From contig JAVZLM010000001.1 in the NCBI GenBank assembly GCA_038883775.1, forward strand, positions 32,001-96,000: DNA of 64,000 nucleotides, given 5' to 3'. This document shows, piece after piece, positions 59,202 to 64,000 of the stretch. Both the position numbers and the translations under genes were made by a program. Source of the stretch: Candidatus Bathyarchaeia archaeon (GTDB taxonomy: Archaea; Thermoproteota; Bathyarchaeia; Bathyarchaeales; Bathycorpusculaceae). The notes under the pieces are model-generated. The model was not told the origin of the DNA. It saw only the letters and a program-made list of their open reading frames with translations, and did not search any database. How positions within the stretch are numbered: the stretch's first letter is position 1; every line of letters begins with the position of its first letter.

Positions 59202-61883
59202 CTACATGAATCTTTCAAGCTTTGTTAATCCTATTATTTCGTCAAAATCTAAGCCTAATGCATCTAAAACTTGGTCAAAGGTTGAATGAAGATAAGCAAT
59301 ATACTTGTCCACGTCTATCTCATTTTTTGTTGCCAGTTCAACGGGTTTTACGTGGGGTTCTTTGGTGACTTTTACGAAGCTTATTAGGTCGCCTGCTTTA
59401 AGCTCCATTCCACCTTCTTTTAGTATTCTTGCTGCTCTCACGTGTTGGGGTGTTGTTTTTGTGTAGCGTTCTGGTTCTTCTCCTAAAACCACGTTGAAGG
59501 CAAGATCATTCAAGCTTTCCCATTCTCTTCTTTTTAGGCGCATGTAGCAGTCGCGGATGATCTCGCAAATGTCTTTCTTGGCTTTTTCAAAGTCTGCTGG
59601 CGTTTTTACAGTGGCTAGGCGTTCTTTCATTTTATCGAACGCTTTTTTGATGAAGATTGGAATATGCCTTTTCTTACCAGTTAATCCCTTAACGTCAACG
59701 CTGCCGTCTTCCAAAACTCCGAGGTAATTCTTTTTTCTTGAACTGAAAACGGCATATCTATACACTTTATCCACATCTAAGCTCATTTTTAGCGCCTGTT
59801 CTGTCCATTGGGCTAGTTTTTCAATTTGTTCTTTTGATGGATTTTTTAGGAATATGCTGTCTGTATCGCCGTAAAGCACTTGAATGTGGAGTTCTTCTGC
59901 TTGTTTCAGTATTTGAGTTAGCGAGTGTCTTGCGATGGCTGCTGTTGCTTCCGCCACTGGGGGACAGTAAAGGTCAAAGGTTTCGGCTCCGAAAACGCCG
60001 TAACTTGCGTTTAAAATAACTTTTAAGGCTCCTTGGATTATGTTGTACCAGCTTCTTAATTCTGCTGGCAAGGTTTTGTCTTTCGATTTTGGTTTATACC
60101 ATTGAACACGCAAATCCCTAAGCGAGCCTATGAGGAGGCTTTCTAGTGCATGCTTTTTTGTGCAGACCCAGTGGGGTGTGTCTGGGATTATGTTGTTTCG
60201 GCATTCTGGATGTTTGCATAGTATGGATTGGTAGCCGAGATTCCAAACTTTTATTATTGATGGGTATAAGCTTGGGAAATCCATTACTGAAACGTTGAAG
60301 TGGACTCCTGGAACTGGTTCGACAACTATTGCGCCTTTGTATTTTTTACCTTTGATTATGGCTTTTGTGGCTGCTTTTCCTTTTGCGGCAATGATTTCTT
60401 CTGCGTTTGGGATGAGCATGTTTCTTTTTCTATGTTCACGGTGCATGAAGTTTCTTATCCATCTTGAAACTCCTTGGCGGCTCACGTCTTCCATTGGCAT
60501 GCTGCTGATTCTGGCTAAAACCAAAATAAGCTTCATTACCAATTCGTCTTCGAAACTTGCAAGTTTAAAGGTGATTTCCGCATCCCTAAAACAGTATTGT
60601 GCAAGTTCCGTATAGGTTAATTCGCCTAAACTTTTTTCCAGCTTAATCTTTTCCATCCCAATTAAGGCTTTGCCAACATCGTCTAGGGTTACGTCCCGAT
60701 AACGGTTGTTAAAAGCGTAGATTTGGATTGAGCGGTTGAAGAAGAACTTGTAAAGGTCAATGTGCACACCATATTTTAGCAGACAGACACGCCTACCAAC
60801 TTCTATGGGAACTTCATCCCTTTTGAAGCCATGGTTAAGGGCTCTATGAGCCAAATAACGCAGGTCAAAATCATCGCCGTTAAAGGTTATGACGAAGGGA
60901 TAACTCCACAAGGCATCAAAAACAGCCTTTATCAGCTTACTTTCTGAATCAAAATATTCAAGCGTTACATCCGCTGGTAACCGCTCATTTCCTTCGCGAA
61001 TGCCATCCCTTTTTAAGAGTAACACTCTTTTTTGTCCATCAGAACCATAAAGCGAAGCGCAAACAACTGGGTAGGCGGCTTCTCTTGGGTCTGGCATCCT
61101 TGTTGGAACTGGCGTATAAACTTCTATGTCCAGTGCTACGTAAAGAAATTTTGGGGCTGGGTATTCAAGAAGTCTTGCCCACTCTTCAATGTATTGTAAC
61201 TCCTCTTCGGTGGCGCCTTTGAAGATTTCGCGTATGCGCCTAACCATTTTTTCGGCTTCTTCCACTTTTGTTAGAACTAATTCGCCATTTTTAACTTCGT
61301 AAATCATTCCTGGTAGAAGGTTTTTGTCATAAATGTAGGATTGGTAATACTTTATTTTTGATTCCCAAACCTTAATTTGCTCTGGAGATATTGGGGTTTC
61401 CGCCACTGTTGGGAAATCTTCTGGGATTATGTCTCTTATGCAGCCTTTTGGGCGTCCCCCAATAGCTAATGGGTCTTTAGCAACAATCTTTGTTACTTTT
61501 ACAGCCTTATCCAATAAAGGGTCAATTTTGTCCACAATTTCAAAATGGTCAAAGCCTGGATGCTGCATTAAGCGGCTTATTTTCTCCAACTCAAGCGGTG
61601 AAAGATTTGTGAGGCAGTAGGGCTTATGCCCGCTGTTGTCGTACCAAAAATAGATTTTGCCAGAAACTGGCTCGTAAAGTTTGATTAGAGCTTTTCCAGT
61701 TTTCCCATCATATGTGGCAGAAACAAAATGTGAAGGTGGCAAGTTTTCTGGAGCCACTGGCGGATAGGCACGTTTTTGTTTCTCTTTCGTTATGGTTTCC
61801 ATGAAGGGTAGGGCTTCCGCTTCCATTTCCTTCAAAGTTTCGGCTTCTGCTCTCGTAAAATCTTCTAAGCGTTTCTGTGCCAT
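59202..61883 (-). CDS. polB1: Family B DNA polymerase (PolB1 type)
   Basis: DIEV, FNGDDFD, YCFRDA, DFPSLYPS, K...NASYG, YGDTDS, KKNY. Confidence 0.96.
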   Translation of the reverse strand: MAQKRLEDFTRAEAETLKEMEAEALPFMETITKEKQKRAYPPVAPENLPPSHFVSATYDGKTGKALIKLYEPVSGKIYFWYDNSGHKPYCLTNLSPLELEKISRLMQHPGFDHFEIVDKIDPLLDKAVKVTKIVAKDPLAIGGRPKGCIRDIIPEDFPTVAETPISPEQIKVWESKIKYYQSYIYDKNLLPGMIYEVKNGELVLTKVEEAEKMVRRIREIFKGATEEELQYIEEWARLLEYPAPKFLYVALDIEVYTPVPTRMPDPREAAYPVVCASLYGSDGQKRVLLLKRDGIREGNERLPADVTLEYFDSESKLIKAVFDALWSYPFVITFNGDDFDLRYLAHRALNHGFKRDEVPIEVGRRVCLLKYGVHIDLYKFFFNRSIQIYAFNNRYRDVTLDDVGKALIGMEKIKLEKSLGELTYTELAQYCFRDAEITFKLASFEDELVMKLILVLARISSMPMEDVSRQGVSRWIRNFMHREHRKRNMLIPNAEEIIAAKGKAATKAIIKGKKYKGAIVVEPVPGVHFNVSVMDFPSLYPSIIKVWNLGYQSILCKHPECRNNIIPDTPHWVCTKKHALESLLIGSLRDLRVQWYKPKSKDKTLPAELRSWYNIIQGALKVILNASYGVFGAETFDLYCPPVAEATAAIARHSLTQILKQAEELHIQVLYGDTDSIFLKNPSKEQIEKLAQWTEQALKMSLDVDKVYRYAVFSSRKKNYLGVLEDGSVDVKGLTGKKRHIPIFIKKAFDKMKERLATVKTPADFEKAKKDICEIIRDCYMRLKRREWESLNDLAFNVVLGEEPERYTKTTPQHVRAARILKEGGMELKAGDLISFVKVTKEPHVKPVELATKNEIDVDKYIAYLHSTFDQVLDALGLDFDEIIGLTKLERFM

Positions 61884-61931
61884 TAAGCCCTTAACCCAAC
61901 TAACCTTATGAGCAGTATAACCTAAAATCTC

Positions 61932-63179
61932 TTACTGCACATTTTCTTCTTTGACAATTTTGATGAAATCCTTGATTGTTAACAATCCCAAGTCACCGAC
62001 TCTATGTTTTCTAACAGATATTTTTCTCGACCGCTTTTCCTTTTCGCCGCAAATTATCATATATGGAATTTTTTGAACTTCTGCTTCCCTAATCTTGTAG
62101 TTGATGGTTGATGGGCTGTTGTCAATTTCTGCTCTTATCCCATGAAGTTGAAGTTTTTGTTGTATGATTTGGGCGTATGGTACTTGTTTGTTGTTTATTG
62201 GTAGTATTTTCGCTTGTGTTGGGGAAAGCCATGTTGGAAGATTTCCACCATAATGCTCTAATAGAATGGCGAAGAACCGTTCTATAGACCCAAGGAGGGC
62301 TCTGTGAATCATTATGACCTCATGTTCTTTTCCATCAGCGCCGGTATAGGTTATGTTGAATCGTTTTGGAAGGTTAAAGTCAAATTGTATTGTGGTGCAT
62401 TGCCACTCTCTCCCCGAAGCGTCAACAATGTTAATGTCAATTTTTGGTCCGTAGAACACGGCTTCTCCTCGCATTTCTTTGTATGCAATCTTTTTCTTTT
62501 TCAAGGCTTCAGCCAAGGCTTTTTGGGCTTTTTCCCAGTTTTCTTCTGAACCCATGTATTTTTCTGGTTCTTTTGGGTTTTTGGTTGAAAGGTAGACTTG
62601 ATATTTGCGGAAACCGAACTTGCGTAACATGTTTCTTGCAAAGTCTATAAGCTTCACTAATTCTTCATCGACTTGTTCTGGAGTGCAGAAGATGTGAGCG
62701 TCGTCTTGTGTGAAACCTCTAACTCGCATTAGTCCATGTAACGTTCCAGAACGTTCATACCTGTATACTGTTCCCCACTCTGCATATCTTATTGGCAAGT
62801 CTTTGTAGCTTCTAGGCTTAGCCTTGTAGATTTGAATGTGGAAGGGACAATTCATGGGCTTGACTACGTAGGGTTCTCCGTCTTTTTCGAAGAGGTACAT
62901 GTTTTGCTCATAATAGTCCATGTGTCCAGAAATGGACCAAAGTTCTCTGCGGGCGATGTGTGGTGTGCAGACAAGTTCGTATCCATTTTTTAAGTGTTCT
63001 TCTTCCCAGAAGTTGCGGATTATTCTGCGGACTGTTGTGCCTTTTGGGTGCCAGAGCACTAAGCCTACGCCTACTTCTTCGTTTATGGAATAGAAATCCA
63101 ATTGTTGACCGAAAATTCGGTGGTCTATGGCGGAAAGCTCTCTTTCTTTTTTCTTATTTTCTAAAATTTTGGTTTTCAC
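61932..63179 (-). CDS. thrS: Threonyl-tRNA synthetase (catalytic and anticodon domains only)
   Basis: DHR, KPMNCPFH, RYE.SG, RVRGFTQDDAH, FYGPKID, IHRA..GS.ERF; no N-terminal editing domain. Confidence 0.95.
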   Translation of the reverse strand: MKTKILENKKKERELSAIDHRIFGQQLDFYSINEEVGVGLVLWHPKGTTVRRIIRNFWEEEHLKNGYELVCTPHIARRELWSISGHMDYYEQNMYLFEKDGEPYVVKPMNCPFHIQIYKAKPRSYKDLPIRYAEWGTVYRYERSGTLHGLMRVRGFTQDDAHIFCTPEQVDEELVKLIDFARNMLRKFGFRKYQVYLSTKNPKEPEKYMGSEENWEKAQKALAEALKKKKIAYKEMRGEAVFYGPKIDINIVDASGREWQCTTIQFDFNLPKRFNITYTGADGKEHEVIMIHRALLGSIERFFAILLEHYGGNLPTWLSPTQAKILPINNKQVPYAQIIQQKLQLHGIRAEIDNSPSTINYKIREAEVQKIPYMIICGEKEKRSRKISVRKHRVGDLGLLTIKDFIKIVKEENVQ

Positions 63180-63410
63180 GGGGTTTTTGAGGGGGTTTTC
63201 TGGTTTTAAAACGTGTTTAGAGTTGTGTTTCTAAATACCCCATTTCAAACACCAACCTCATTAATACTCATTCACCTATTTATCCATTATTTTTCCATGT
63301 CTTTTTGGCTTTGAAAACGACCAATACGGACTATCCTCTCTAGTTTTCTGGCTAACTGCGCCTCTAATTTTATTTACATCTCACACATTTGTTATGGATT
63401 TGTGGATAAA

Positions 63411-64000
63411 ATGCTCAAGGAAGCTTGGACGCTGGCTATTGAAAGCCTAAGCTGGATGGAGATGCAAAAATTAAGCGAGCGCCTGGCTTTGGCTAAGACT
63501 GTTAAGCAGTTGGGCATAAGCGACTCTGACGCTGTAAGGCTTGCGCATATGCTTGTTTGCGAAACCGTTAGACGCCGAAACTTTATAGACGCTTTCATAA
63601 ACAATGTTTTGAAGCCCAAATCTATAAGCGAATTTGACTTAGGCGTCCAAGCTTTTTTGAGGCTTTATGTTTACCAAACCCGCATAGCCAAAAACTGGTC
63701 AAAAATTGATGTTAAGGAAGCGGAAAACATAGCAAGCCTCGCCCGCGCCATTCTTGGATGGAAAACTCTGCGAAAAGTGGAACAGTATTTAGGTTTCTTA
63801 CTTATTCAGAAGCCAACATTGATATTTGAAGGTTTAAGCGACGAGGAAAGAATTGGACTTTTAACTTTCCATCCCACGTGGTTCGTAAAATACTGTTTCA
63901 AACTTTTCGGAAGAAAGGAAGCCATAGCGATCTTAGAAGCAAACATGCAGCCCCCGCCCACCTACATAAGACTTAACACTTTAAAAATGGATGAAAACGA
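63411..64000 (+). CDS. RsmB/NOP2-family RNA m5C methyltransferase, 5' part (partial)
   Basis: Open to the window end: NusB-like N-domain, then FHPTWFV...EANMQPPPTYIRLNTLK. Confidence 0.85.
   Translation, partial: MLKEAWTLAIESLSWMEMQKLSERLALAKTVKQLGISDSDAVRLAHMLVCETVRRRNFIDAFINNVLKPKSISEFDLGVQAFLRLYVYQTRIAKNWSKIDVKEAENIASLARAILGWKTLRKVEQYLGFLLIQKPTLIFEGLSDEERIGLLTFHPTWFVKYCFKLFGRKEAIAILEANMQPPPTYIRLNTLKMDEN

Overview
64-kb archaeal chromosomal window, most likely TACK/Bathyarchaeia. This lineage call is inferred from crenarchaeal-type PolB1, two thermosome subunits, Topo VI, aIF5B, AglB, RadB, CarS, a catalytic-only ThrRS and an OSTC/DC2-like protein. Most of the window is housekeeping and central metabolism: pgk/gap, gcvH/gcvT, ino1, ADP-forming acetyl-CoA synthetase alpha, thyX, hut genes, t6A enzymes, N-glycosylation and one tRNA-Glu(CUC). 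Five features stand out. (1) A clear fluoride (crcB-type) riboswitch at 17957-18019 (-) heads a four-gene operon with no known fluoride exporter: a prenyltransferase-beta-repeat protein, a DUF6062-like Zn protein and two putative RHH/coiled-coil proteins. (2) A variable locus between the convergent radical-SAM and aIF5B genes holds two cargo genes separated by fused, frameshifted copies of the 3' ends of both flanking genes. (3) A GC-rich hairpin plus A-tract with preQ1-I-like architecture lies directly upstream of a queT-family transporter. (4) An unannotated 25-aa (EEEEW)n peptide gene has its own promoter and SD. (5) There is a candidate C/D-box sRNA. I saw no CRISPR array, transposase or integrase. 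All calls were made by eye, without database searches.
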